Shown piece after piece: positions 8,600 to 18,696 of a stretch of 64,000 bases of DNA. Source of the DNA: Candidatus Magasanikiibacteriota bacterium. GTDB lineage: Bacteria > Patescibacteriota > Patescibacteriia > Magasanikbacterales > UBA922. The position numbers and the translations under genes were made by a program. Below the pieces are notes generated by a model, which did no database searches, was not told the DNA's origin, and worked only from the letters and a program-made list of their open reading frames with translations. Location of the stretch: the NCBI GenBank assembly GCA_052034405.1, contig JBPOIO010000023.1, positions 15,340 to 79,339 of the forward strand. The letters are read 5' to 3'. Positions within the stretch are counted from its first letter, which is position 1, and the number at the start of each line of letters is the position of its first letter.

Positions 8600-10597
8600 A
8601 TGTTTGCATTTTTGAAAAAAAGAAAATTCAAAAAACTCCAACAGGCTTCTTGGGTAGAAGATTCTTTTACTTTTGAAAATGGAGTTGGTCGTCAAGTTGC
8701 ATTACCACAAAGCGATCAATTTTTTGGAAGAAGTACCTCAAACAAAAGTATCTTTTATCTTTTTTTATTTTTTTGTTTTGCTTTTATTTTGTTATGGTCT
8801 CGTTTGGTGCATTTGCAGCTTGTGCAAGGAGCCTATTATCGTGAAAGAGCAGATATCAATAGTGAACGTATTGTTTCTATCCCATCCGAACGTGGTATTA
8901 TCTATGACCGCAATGATATTCCACTCACTCAAAATATTCCAAGTTTTTCTCTTGCCATTTCTCCCCAAGATCTTTCTCGAAAGAGTGAAGAGTTGTCACG
9001 GGTAGCCAAGCGATTAGCAGAACTGACAGGAAAGCCAGAACAAGAAATTTCTTCTACCCTCAATGATTTTCGATCAAATAAAAATAAATATCGTTCACTC
9101 ATTATTCAAGAAAATTTAGATTATGATACGGCGCTCAATTTTCAAGTAGAAGCATCGGATTTGCCAGGTATTCATATTGAGCGTGGAAGTAAACGCCTCT
9201 ATTATGAAAGTTATTCTCCCAATTGGACTCCACTTTTAGAAAAAAATGCAACGACAACAGTGAGTAGTTTGTCTCATGTACTTGGTTATTTAGCAAAAGT
9301 AAGTCCGAGTGAACTTTCAACTCTCGAAACAAAGGGGTATCTTTTGTCAGATAGTATTGGGAAAAATGGAATTGAAAAATTTTACGAAGAATATTTGCGA
9401 GGTATATATGGAAAACGACGTGTAGAAGTAGATACCTCGGGTCGTCAACAAGTTGTGCTTTCCGAAGAGGCTCCAAAACCGGGGAATCATGTTATTTTGA
9501 GTTTGGATCTTAAAATACAAAGCAAGCTCGAAGAAATAATGAAAGCAAACCTTGCAAAATTCAACAAACAAAAGGCAATTGCGGTAGCCATGAATCCGAA
9601 TACGGGTGAAATTTTGGCCATGGTAAGTTTACCAAGCTTCAACAACAATGATTTTTCTGGTGGAATCACTCAAGTAAATTATAGCAAATATATTGAAGAC
9701 AAAGATTTGCCATTATTTAATCGTGCTATTTCTGGAACCTATCCATCTGGTTCTACCATCAAACCTGCTGTTGCCGCTGCTGCTCTGCAAGAAAGAATCA
9801 TCACCCCGAACACAACAGTACGAAGTAGTGGTGGAATTCAAGTTGGTCCCTGGTTTTTTCCAGATTGGAAAGCTGGTGGACATGGTATAACCGATGTACG
9901 AAAATCTCTTGCCGAATCGGTCAATACTTTTTATTATACAATTGGTGGAGGAAATGGAAATATTACCGGTCTTGGTGTTGATAAAATTGACAGTTATTTG
10001 AAATTATTTGGTATTTCAAGTGAGCTCGGTATTGATGTACCAGGTGAAGCTTCTGGATTTTTGCCAAGTAAAAAATGGAAAGAAGAAACAAAAAAAGAAC
10101 GTTGGTATATTGGAGACACCTATAATCTTTCTATTGGACAGGGAGATTTACTCGTAACGCCTTTGCAAATTGCCAGTCTTACTGCGACAGTTGCCAATGG
10201 TGGAACTTTGTATCAACCGCACCTTTTGAAGGCCCTCATGGATCCAATAAGTAAAAAAGAAACGCCATTTGAAAACAAAATTATTCGTAAAGATTTTATT
10301 GATTCTCAATATTTTTCGACTATAAGACTTGGGATGCGTGATTGTGTACTTGCAAGTTCATGCCGAAGACTTTCGACGCTCCCTTTTGCTGTAGCTGCAA
10401 AAACAGGAACGGCACAGTGGAATAGTAACAAAGAAAATCATGCTTGGTTTACTTCTTTTGCTCCTTTTGAAAAACCAGAAATTGTCCTCACGGTACTCGT
10501 AGAAGAAGGACGTGAAGGAAGTGAAACTGCGGCGCCTATTGCCTATGATTTTTATAAATGGTGGGGAAGCTATCACCCTGTGGATAAAGAAATTTGA
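8600..10597 (+). CDS. mrdA: Penicillin-binding protein 2
   Basis: RG.IYDR, GSTIK (SxxK), SVN (SxN), KTGTAQ. Confidence 0.95.
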   Translation: MFAFLKKRKFKKLQQASWVEDSFTFENGVGRQVALPQSDQFFGRSTSNKSIFYLFLFFCFAFILLWSRLVHLQLVQGAYYRERADINSERIVSIPSERGIIYDRNDIPLTQNIPSFSLAISPQDLSRKSEELSRVAKRLAELTGKPEQEISSTLNDFRSNKNKYRSLIIQENLDYDTALNFQVEASDLPGIHIERGSKRLYYESYSPNWTPLLEKNATTTVSSLSHVLGYLAKVSPSELSTLETKGYLLSDSIGKNGIEKFYEEYLRGIYGKRRVEVDTSGRQQVVLSEEAPKPGNHVILSLDLKIQSKLEEIMKANLAKFNKQKAIAVAMNPNTGEILAMVSLPSFNNNDFSGGITQVNYSKYIEDKDLPLFNRAISGTYPSGSTIKPAVAAAALQERIITPNTTVRSSGGIQVGPWFFPDWKAGGHGITDVRKSLAESVNTFYYTIGGGNGNITGLGVDKIDSYLKLFGISSELGIDVPGEASGFLPSKKWKEETKKERWYIGDTYNLSIGQGDLLVTPLQIASLTATVANGGTLYQPHLLKALMDPISKKETPFENKIIRKDFIDSQYFSTIRLGMRDCVLASSCRRLSTLPFAVAAKTGTAQWNSNKENHAWFTSFAPFEKPEIVLTVLVEEGREGSETAAPIAYDFYKWWGSYHPVDKEI

Positions 10598-10622
10598 CGA
10601 AAGAACACTTTCAGGATACTAT
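10594..10622 (+). promoter_or_regulatory. sigma70 promoter TTGACG-17-TACTAT for greA
   Basis: Consensus hexamers with 17-bp spacer; short leader hairpin ATCCGC/GCGGAT. Confidence 0.6.
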
Positions 10623-10666
10623 TTATTTATCCGCTCCTTGCGGATTTATTTTATCTTTACCCAAAT

Positions 10667-11140
10667 ATGACTGATGATACTACTCAATATATCTCTGCAG
10701 AAAAATTGCAAGCTTTGAAAGATGAATTCAAACAACTTCGTGATGTTCGTGTCCCTGAAATTGCCAAACGTATTGATGATGCACGCCAAATGGGAGATCT
10801 TTCGGAAAATGCCGAGTACCATGCTGCACGCGAAGAAATGTCTTGGACACAAAGTCGTATAAAAGAACTTGAATTTATTTTGCAAAATGCGCAAATTATA
10901 AAAAGTGGTGGAGATGCTGGAAGTAAAAACATTACTATCGGGGCTGTTATTGTTGTAGAAGTAAATGGAAAAAAACGTGAATATACCATTGTTGGTGGCC
11001 AAGAAGCAGATCCAACACTTGGAAAGATCTCCAATGAGTCTCCACTTGGTTTGGCATTTTTGGGGAAAAAGAAAGGGGACAAGGTTTCGGTAACAGTTCC
11101 AGCGGGAGTACAAACCTATGAAATTTTGGAGATAAAGTAA
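10667..11140 (+). CDS. greA: Transcription elongation factor GreA
   Basis: GDLSENAEYHAA, ISNESPLG. Confidence 0.96.
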   Translation: MTDDTTQYISAEKLQALKDEFKQLRDVRVPEIAKRIDDARQMGDLSENAEYHAAREEMSWTQSRIKELEFILQNAQIIKSGGDAGSKNITIGAVIVVEVNGKKREYTIVGGQEADPTLGKISNESPLGLAFLGKKKGDKVSVTVPAGVQTYEILEIK

Positions 11141-11242
11141 CCTAATTTAAGCCAAATTTTACCAGTACCTCCGCTTGTCGGGGGTATTTGCGTTTTATAG
11201 GGCATTATGATACACTTTTAACGTAATTTAAAGCAAAAAGCT

Positions 11243-12727
11243 ATGACTATTCCAGAAATAAATATTAATGACGAACGATCTGTACGTCTCGGGAAAATAC
11301 AGGAACTTGAAAATCGTGGAGTGAATTGTTTTCCTGCACGAGTAAAACGTGAACATACACTTGCCGAGGCTCTTGAATCTGCAGAAACAAGCATTTGTTT
11401 TGTTGTTGGTCGTCTCATGACCAAACGCGACATGGGAAAACTCGCTTTTGCACATATTCAAGACGAAAGTGGCCGCATGCAGATTGCCTTCAAAAAAGAC
11501 GATCTTGGTGCAGAGTCATATGATTTATTTGCAAAACTTATTGATACTGGAGATATTTTACAAGTAACTGGTGAAAAATTTATTACGCATAAAGGTGAAC
11601 CATCGCTCCTCGTAAAAGAATGGAAACTCCTTGCAAAAGCAGTACTTCCACTTCCAGACAAATTTCATGGACTTCAAGACGAAGAAGTTCGCTACCGCAA
11701 ACGTTATCTCGATTTTCTCACAAACCCAGATCAAAAAGAAAAAATCATGGTACGCGCACGCATGCTTCAATCACTTCGTGGATTTTTGAATCGCAAAGGG
11801 TTTATTGAAGTAGAAACTCCAATGCTTGAATCTGTGGCATCTGGAGCTATGGCAGAATCTTTTGATACCCATCTCAATGCCTATGATCTTGATGTGCATC
11901 TTCGTATTTGTCTTGGAGAATTGTGGCAAAAAAGATTGATGGTTGGTGGATTTGAAAAAACATTTGAAATTGGTCGCGCCTTTCGTAACGAAGGCGTGGA
12001 TCACCAGCACAATCCAGAATTTACCATGATTGAATATTACTGGGCATATGCAGACTACGAGGATAATATGCGACTTCATGAAGAGATGATTCCGCTGCTT
12101 GTAAGTGAAAGTGTTGGAAAACTCGTGATTGAATCCGAAGGTCATACGATTGATTTTACCGCACCATATCCACGCGTGACTTTTCACGATACAGTGCTTG
12201 AACATTCTGGTATTGATATTAATGAGTACATGGATAGTGAGTCACTCAAATCTGTGATGCGAGAAAAAGGCTACGAAGTAGAAGAAACTGCAGAACGTGG
12301 AAAGCTTCTTGATAGTCTCTACAAACAGTCTGCTCGTCCGAGACTTATTCAACCAACATTCGTACTTGAATATCCAGTAGAACTCAAACCTTTGGCAAAA
12401 AAAGCAAGTGATCCACGCTATACAGAGATGTTTCAATTGATTGTTCGAGGATTTGAACTTTCAAATTCATACACCGAGCTCAATGATCCAATCGACCAAC
12501 GTTCACGCTTTGAAGAACAGGCGCGTATTGCAGCAACCGGTGAAGAAGAAGTCATGGCATACGACCGCGACTATGTAGAATCACTCGAACACGGTATGCC
12601 ACCAACAACTGGTACAGGTATTGGTATTGATCGTTTTGTGGCACTTATTACTGGATCACATACACTGCGCGAGACAATGGCATTTCCGATGATGAAACCG
12701 ATTGTTGAAGAAGAGGGTGAAAAATAA
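11243..12727 (+). CDS. lysS: Lysyl-tRNA synthetase, class II
   Basis: LPDKFHGL.D.E.RYR.RYLD, FRNEG.D..HNPEFT, GMPPT.G.GIGIDR; TTGCGT-17-TACACT promoter at 11188-11216. Confidence 0.97.
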   Translation: MTIPEININDERSVRLGKIQELENRGVNCFPARVKREHTLAEALESAETSICFVVGRLMTKRDMGKLAFAHIQDESGRMQIAFKKDDLGAESYDLFAKLIDTGDILQVTGEKFITHKGEPSLLVKEWKLLAKAVLPLPDKFHGLQDEEVRYRKRYLDFLTNPDQKEKIMVRARMLQSLRGFLNRKGFIEVETPMLESVASGAMAESFDTHLNAYDLDVHLRICLGELWQKRLMVGGFEKTFEIGRAFRNEGVDHQHNPEFTMIEYYWAYADYEDNMRLHEEMIPLLVSESVGKLVIESEGHTIDFTAPYPRVTFHDTVLEHSGIDINEYMDSESLKSVMREKGYEVEETAERGKLLDSLYKQSARPRLIQPTFVLEYPVELKPLAKKASDPRYTEMFQLIVRGFELSNSYTELNDPIDQRSRFEEQARIAATGEEEVMAYDRDYVESLEHGMPPTTGTGIGIDRFVALITGSHTLRETMAFPMMKPIVEEEGEK

Positions 12728-12733
12728 AATTAT

Positions 12734-13339
12734 ATGAATATTTCAGAATATATCGCTCATATTGAAAGTATTCCATACATAAAGGATTATACTTTTCCAT
12801 GGGAAATAACTGAAAATTTAAAAGATATAATTATAAAATTACAAGCTATTCTCCCAAAAGATCAATATATTATTGAAGATAGTATCGCAATTCATAAAAG
12901 CGCAGAAATTGAAGATAATGTTACTATAAAACCATTTACCATCATTGGAAAAGATTGTATCGTTCGAGCTGGAGCGTATTTGCGAGAGGGAGTGCTTCTC
13001 GGAGAAAACGTTATCATTGGTGCAAATTGCGAAATCAAACAAAGTCTTATCTGTACGGCTTCTCGAATTGCTCACTTAAATTATATTGGTAATTCAATTA
13101 TTGGAGAAGATGTAAATATCGAAGCAGGGGCTATTGTGGCAAATCATTTTAATGAACGTGAAGATAAAAAAATTACTGTTGTTATCAATGGAAAAACCAT
13201 GAAAACAGGTGTAACAAAATTTGGATCCCTTATTGGTGATGGTTGTAGAATTGGAGCAAATGCTGTTTTAAATCCGGGAACAATTTTAAAACCAGAATCA
13301 ATTATTGGTCGATTGACGCATATAGATCAAAATGTATGA
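12734..13339 (+). CDS. Left-handed beta-helix acyltransferase (GlmU C-terminal-like)
   Basis: Hexapeptide repeats, NCEIK.S, HLNYIGNSIIG, KFG.LIGD. Confidence 0.8.
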   Translation: MNISEYIAHIESIPYIKDYTFPWEITENLKDIIIKLQAILPKDQYIIEDSIAIHKSAEIEDNVTIKPFTIIGKDCIVRAGAYLREGVLLGENVIIGANCEIKQSLICTASRIAHLNYIGNSIIGEDVNIEAGAIVANHFNEREDKKITVVINGKTMKTGVTKFGSLIGDGCRIGANAVLNPGTILKPESIIGRLTHIDQNV

Positions 13340-13755
13340 AAACTGTCATGATATTTGGCACATTTGACATTGTCCACCACGGACATTTGAATCTTTTCAA
13401 ACAAGCACGAAAATATGGTGATAGGCTTGTTGCAGTGCTTGCACGAGATGAGCGTGTGAAAAATATCAAATCACGAGAGTCAGTTTATAATGAAAAAGAG
13501 CGAAAGTATTTTCTTGAACAAATTCGTCTCATTGATACGGTTGTGCTCGGCGATACAAAAGATGTTTACAAACGGATTAAAGAAATAAAACCAAATGTTA
13601 TTGTGCTTGGTTACGACCAAATGCATTTTACAGAAAAGCTTGAAGAAAAAATACAAGAATTCAAATTAAAAACAAAAATCGTACGAGCAAAGGCATATAA
13701 GCCAAAAGTTCTCAAAACAGGAAAGATTCGTACTATTTTGGAAACTAAAATTTAG
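13336..13755 (+). CDS. Cytidylyltransferase family protein (archaeal RibL FAD-synthase-like / TagD-like)
   Basis: FGTFDIVHHGH (HxGH), LGYDQ. Confidence 0.8.
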   Translation: MKTVMIFGTFDIVHHGHLNLFKQARKYGDRLVAVLARDERVKNIKSRESVYNEKERKYFLEQIRLIDTVVLGDTKDVYKRIKEIKPNVIVLGYDQMHFTEKLEEKIQEFKLKTKIVRAKAYKPKVLKTGKIRTILETKI

Positions 13756-13756
13756 T

Positions 13757-14788
13757 ATGCGAAAACTTCTTATTGCCACCAGTAACCCTGGAAAATTCAA
13801 AGAAATGAAAGAATTTTTCAAAACTTCGGGTTTTGAAATTGTTTCACTTTCGGATCTTGGCATCACAGATGCACCAGAAGAACCCTATGATGTTATTGAA
13901 TACAATGCCATGCTCAAGGCCAAATATTACGCTGAGAAGACGGGGATCCTATCACTAGCAGATGATACGGGTCTTTTTATCCCAGCGCTGAATAACTGGC
14001 CAGGAGCCCACGCAGCACGAATTGCAGACACGACAGAAAAACGTCGTGAAACAGTTCTTGAAAAAATGAAAGGAATAGATGATCGAAAAGCATATTTTGA
14101 AGTTGCTTTAGCTCTTTATGATCCAACAGAAAAATTGAGTTTTTTGAGTTTTGGCCGTGTCGATGGAAGCATTCTCGAAACTCCACAAGGTGATGAGACA
14201 AAAGGTTTTGGATTTGATCAAATATTTTTTTCGAATGAATTGAACAAAGCGTTTTCCGAACTTTCTGTTCAAGAAAAAAATGCTACTAGTCATCGAGGAA
14301 AAGCCCTGATCAAGATGGAATATTTTTTGAAAAAACAATTTGGCGCACGAAATATCGTTGTGCCTTGTGCCATTGTTATTCAGAACGGAAAAATCCTCAT
14401 GCAAAAACGAAATGACCCGCATCGACCAAATTATCACGAAAAATGGGAATTTCCAGGTGGGGGAGTAGATTTCAAAGAACAGATCATTGAAAATGTAGTG
14501 CGAGAGACAAAAGAAGAAACAGGACTCATTGTAGAACCACTCAAATTACTTCAGCATATTGCAGTAGAATGGCAAGAATATCCGACATTTGCATACCAAG
14601 TGTATTTGATTCCTTATGTTTGCAAAATTGTTGGCGGTGAAATAAATCCACGCGATCACGAAGTCCTTGAAGCACGCTGGTTTGAACTTGATGAAGTGTC
14701 AAAGTATCCACTCGTCGGAGAAAATGCACGTATGTACGAAAAATTTTTACCAGAGCTCAAAGAAGTAATCAAAGAACATAATTTATAA
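13757..14788 (+). CDS. Ham1/RdgB non-canonical NTP pyrophosphatase fused to a NUDIX hydrolase
   Basis: ATSNPGK..E, ADDTGL, GFGFD, SHRGKA; then Nudix box GGGVDFKE...RETKEETGL. Confidence 0.88.
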   Translation: MRKLLIATSNPGKFKEMKEFFKTSGFEIVSLSDLGITDAPEEPYDVIEYNAMLKAKYYAEKTGILSLADDTGLFIPALNNWPGAHAARIADTTEKRRETVLEKMKGIDDRKAYFEVALALYDPTEKLSFLSFGRVDGSILETPQGDETKGFGFDQIFFSNELNKAFSELSVQEKNATSHRGKALIKMEYFLKKQFGARNIVVPCAIVIQNGKILMQKRNDPHRPNYHEKWEFPGGGVDFKEQIIENVVRETKEETGLIVEPLKLLQHIAVEWQEYPTFAYQVYLIPYVCKIVGGEINPRDHEVLEARWFELDEVSKYPLVGENARMYEKFLPELKEVIKEHNL

Positions 14789-14794
14789 TCGCAT

Positions 14795-15142
14795 ATGCTT
14801 GACAGAGAAATAAAAAGAGAAATAAGTCCTTCAGAATTAACTCTTCTTATCAATGAAGAATTTCAAAATACATCACCTGCACTTTTAGATGAATGGGTAA
14901 TAAAACTTTTGGCAGAACCTAAAAATCATCCGAGTGTACGAACAGCCTTTCAAGAATTATGGAATGAAAAAGAGGAGCCGTCGATATATTTTCTCAAGGT
15001 TATGGCAATAATTCATAATTCTCCCTTCAAAGATCTTTGTCTGCAATATTCAAAAGATGGAAAATTTGGAACTCAAGAAATGGGAATTCATGAAATGGGT
15101 AATATCATGACAAATTATCGACAACTTACTCAACAAATATAA
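14795..15142 (+). CDS. Hypothetical protein
   Basis: 115-aa ORF tightly filling the gap within the operon. Confidence 0.6.
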   Translation: MLDREIKREISPSELTLLINEEFQNTSPALLDEWVIKLLAEPKNHPSVRTAFQELWNEKEEPSIYFLKVMAIIHNSPFKDLCLQYSKDGKFGTQEMGIHEMGNIMTNYRQLTQQI

Positions 15143-15151
15143 CTTAAATAT

Positions 15152-16408
15152 ATGATTGATATCAAATTTATACGCGAAAATGTAGAACTCATAAAACAAA
15201 ATTGTGCAAATCGTCATGTGAAAGTGGATATTGATGCACTTTTGTCAGCAGATGAAGAACGACGAAATATTTTGAAACAAATTGAAGACCTTCGTGCCAC
15301 TCGCAATAGTGGATCAAAAGGAAAACCTACTCCAGAAGAAATTGAAAAAATGAAGCTTGTCGGGGAGGAAATCAAAAAACTTGAAGAAACACAAGTTGGT
15401 GTCGATACAAAATATCGTGAACTCTTGATGCAAGTACCAAACCTGACACATCCAGATACTCCAGTTGGTGGTGAAGATGCATTCAAAGTCGTATTTGAAA
15501 AAACAGCAACTCCATTTGCATTTACTCCAAAAGATCACGAGGCTCTCATGCTCGACCTTGATATGATTGACTTTGAACGCGGTGCCAAAGTTGCAGGAGC
15601 CAAATTTTACTTTGCAAAAAATGATTTGGTTCGCCTCAATCAAGCCCTTGTGAATTATGGCATGGATATTGTAAGTAAACATGGCTACACGCTCATGGAA
15701 ACCCCAGACATGGCTAAAGTAGAAATTCTTGAAGGAATTGGTTTCAATCCACGTGGCGCAGAAACACAGGTTTACTCTGTAGAAAATACAGATCTTTGTC
15801 TGATTGGAACAGCAGAAATTACGGTTGGGGGATTTCACCAAAATGAAATGCTTGACCTTTCAAAAGGTCCAATCAAATATGTTGCCCTGTCACATTGCTA
15901 CCGCACCGAAGCGGGCGCATATGGCCGCACGAGTAAAGGACTCTACCGCGTACACCAATTTGCCAAACTTGAAATGTTTATCTATTGCCGACCAGAAGAG
16001 AGTGAAGCCTTGCACCAAGAATTGCTCGCTATTGAACGAGAAATCGCAGATGGTCTTGGATTCCCATATCGCGTGATTGACATCGCCAGTGGCGATTTGG
16101 GAGGTCCAGCGTATCGCAAATACGACATCGAGGCATGGATGACCATGAAGGGTGAAGGCGAAAATCAAGGGGACTATGGTGAAATTACTTCAACGAGTAA
16201 TTGTCTTGATTACCAATCACGCCGCCTCAATATCCGTTATAAAAAAGAAGACGGAACAACAGAATTTGTACATACCCTCAATGGTACTGCAGTGGTGCTC
16301 AGTCGTTTTCCAATCGCAATTCTCGAAAACTATCAAAATGCAGATGGATCAATCACTGTTCCAGAAGCACTCCGAAAATATATGGGTAAAGATCTAATCA
16401 CAAAATAA
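15152..16408 (+). CDS. serS: Seryl-tRNA synthetase
   Basis: MIDIKFIREN, LIGTAE, YRTEAG, GLYRVHQF.KLE, HTLNGT. Confidence 0.97.
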   Translation: MIDIKFIRENVELIKQNCANRHVKVDIDALLSADEERRNILKQIEDLRATRNSGSKGKPTPEEIEKMKLVGEEIKKLEETQVGVDTKYRELLMQVPNLTHPDTPVGGEDAFKVVFEKTATPFAFTPKDHEALMLDLDMIDFERGAKVAGAKFYFAKNDLVRLNQALVNYGMDIVSKHGYTLMETPDMAKVEILEGIGFNPRGAETQVYSVENTDLCLIGTAEITVGGFHQNEMLDLSKGPIKYVALSHCYRTEAGAYGRTSKGLYRVHQFAKLEMFIYCRPEESEALHQELLAIEREIADGLGFPYRVIDIASGDLGGPAYRKYDIEAWMTMKGEGENQGDYGEITSTSNCLDYQSRRLNIRYKKEDGTTEFVHTLNGTAVVLSRFPIAILENYQNADGSITVPEALRKYMGKDLITK

Positions 16409-16409
16409 C

Positions 16410-17129
16410 ATGCAAAATAAAACACTCGTCATCATTCCAGGTTGGGGAGGAAGCCACGAAACATGGGCAGATTTTATGAACCTCATGAAGCCCTATTTCA
16501 AAGACGTCGTTTGTATTGATCTCCCTGGATTTGGTGGAGTTGATACTCCCAAAACTGTCTGGGGAGTAGAACAGTACGCTGAATATGTAAGGCGAAAAAT
16601 TGAAAAGTTACCAGAGGGACCAAAAGTTATCATGGGACATTCTTTTGGGGGGCAAGTATCAGCCTACCTCGTCGCCAATAACCCTCAAGTTGCCCAAAAA
16701 TATATTCTTGTAGCCGGAGCTGTTTTTCGTCCATCTCGTCCTATTCGCCGCGCCTTCTTTTTTATTATCGCAAAATTTGGTAAAATACTCTTCAAGATAC
16801 CCGTGATTGAAAATGTTGCTATTTGGGCCAAGAAAATACTCTACAAAACAGCAGACTCGCCAGACTATGCAGCCACAAGCGGCATCAAACGCGACATCTT
16901 CAAAAAGATTATTCGCCAAGACCTCAGCGAGCAGCTTCCAAAAATCACCATAGCAACCCTAATTGTCTGGGGAACACTCGATAGTTATCTTCCTGTCAAA
17001 GACGCATACAGAGCACAAAAATTGATAGCGCATTCCAAACTTGAAATTATTCCTGGTGGTACACACGGATTGCACCTTCACCAAAAACAAAAACTCCTTG
17101 AACTCATTACTAAATTTGTCTATGACTAA
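16410..17129 (+). CDS. Alpha/beta hydrolase
   Basis: GWGG, DLPGFG, GHSFGG nucleophile elbow, WG..D, H. Confidence 0.9.
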   Translation: MQNKTLVIIPGWGGSHETWADFMNLMKPYFKDVVCIDLPGFGGVDTPKTVWGVEQYAEYVRRKIEKLPEGPKVIMGHSFGGQVSAYLVANNPQVAQKYILVAGAVFRPSRPIRRAFFFIIAKFGKILFKIPVIENVAIWAKKILYKTADSPDYAATSGIKRDIFKKIIRQDLSEQLPKITIATLIVWGTLDSYLPVKDAYRAQKLIAHSKLEIIPGGTHGLHLHQKQKLLELITKFVYD

Positions 17130-18693
17130 TAGTGTCGTAGTCTCTGGTTTTCTTATTATCTGTGCCTGGATTACTACAGCTCTTTTTGACTATCTCTCCT
17201 ACGCTTATTTTTGGCAGCTCAAAGAGTATCGACTTGATCGTTTCAAAGACTTTCTCAAAAGTAACCAAGGTGAAGAAATATGGAAGGACCCGCGTTTTTT
17301 GTGGCGGGGAATTGGAGCACTCGCACTTCTTATCTCACCCATAGCCTATATCGCAATTATCGTTTTAAGCTTGGATATTCTTTTTCTTTTCTTTTCAAAA
17401 AGAAAATTTCGTCGCCCAGTGTTCACTAAAAAAAGTATATTGATCCTTCTTTTTTCACTCCTTGCAGAAGTTTTTCTCTTTCAACTTTTTCCACTCAATC
17501 TTGCCTTGGTACTTTTCCTTCGATTTTTTATTATTTCTCTGTTGGTATTTTTATTTTATATTCCATCACGTCTTGCAAAATTATTTTTCATTTGGCGTGC
17601 TAGTACAAAGCTTGCCTCATATAAAAACCTTGTCACCATTGGCATTACCGGAAGTTATGGCAAAAGTTCAGTCAAAGAATTTTCTGCACATTTTCTTTCT
17701 GCAGACTTCAAAGTTATAAAAACTCCAAACAATATCAATAGTGAAATTGGTATTGCCAAATTTATTTTGAAAACAGATTTTACTGGAATTGATTTTTTTG
17801 TCTGTGAAATGGGAGCTTACCGAATAGGAGAGATCAAAACGATCTGTGATATGGTCAAACCAAAAGTGGGAATACTCACAACTATTGCCGAGCAACATCT
17901 TGCACTCTTTGGAAGTATCCAAAATATCCAATCTGCCAAGTACGAACTTCTTCGTGCAATTCCAAAGGATGGTTTAGTTATTACCAACGCAGATAATCCA
18001 CTGTGTACAGAATTCCTAAAGGATTTAAACTGCAAAAATATTGAAACCTGTGGAGTCGAAGAACGAAATCATCCAACATTTTTAATTGTACGCAACGAAG
18101 CAACTATCAAAGGCATTGAATTTGAAGGGATTTATCATGGACAAAGAGGGGATATGAATATTCCGGTTCTTGGTGCTCACCAAGCCTACAATGCAGCTCT
18201 CTCAGTCATGCTTGCTGTTAATATGGAAGTTGATCCACAACATATTGTTGAAGCCGGCAAAACAATTCCTCAAAACCTTCAAGGAACACTCAAAAAATAT
18301 AGCTATGGAAAAGCTACTATCATTGACGATAGTTACAATTCCAATCCAGCTGGTTTTCGTGCTGCTATCGAAGTACTCTCCATGTTTTCTTCCAAGAAAA
18401 AACGTATAGTCATTACACGTGGTATGCTCGAACTTGGGGATCAAAGTGATGAAATGCATGAAAAAATTGGCGAAGAAATTTCTTATTCCTGTGATGAACT
18501 TGTACTTATTACTCCAGATTTTGTGGATTCTATCAAAAAAGGAATTCGTGAAAAATATCACACCACGGTTCAATGTATTTTTACTCCAGAAAAACTTCTT
18601 GAATATATCAAAACTCTTAAAACAGAAGATTGTGTTGTTTTACTTGAAAATCGTATTCCAACACGAGTCAAAGAAGAACTGCACAAATCCTAA
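17122..18693 (+). CDS. murF: MurF-like Mur ligase with N-terminal multi-TM domain
   Basis: GITGSYGKSS, EMGAY..GEI, IDDSYNSNP, GMLELG; ~150-aa hydrophobic N-terminus. Confidence 0.8.
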   Translation: MTNSVVVSGFLIICAWITTALFDYLSYAYFWQLKEYRLDRFKDFLKSNQGEEIWKDPRFLWRGIGALALLISPIAYIAIIVLSLDILFLFFSKRKFRRPVFTKKSILILLFSLLAEVFLFQLFPLNLALVLFLRFFIISLLVFLFYIPSRLAKLFFIWRASTKLASYKNLVTIGITGSYGKSSVKEFSAHFLSADFKVIKTPNNINSEIGIAKFILKTDFTGIDFFVCEMGAYRIGEIKTICDMVKPKVGILTTIAEQHLALFGSIQNIQSAKYELLRAIPKDGLVITNADNPLCTEFLKDLNCKNIETCGVEERNHPTFLIVRNEATIKGIEFEGIYHGQRGDMNIPVLGAHQAYNAALSVMLAVNMEVDPQHIVEAGKTIPQNLQGTLKKYSYGKATIIDDSYNSNPAGFRAAIEVLSMFSSKKKRIVITRGMLELGDQSDEMHEKIGEEISYSCDELVLITPDFVDSIKKGIREKYHTTVQCIFTPEKLLEYIKTLKTEDCVVLLENRIPTRVKEELHKS

Positions 18694-18696
18694 ATT

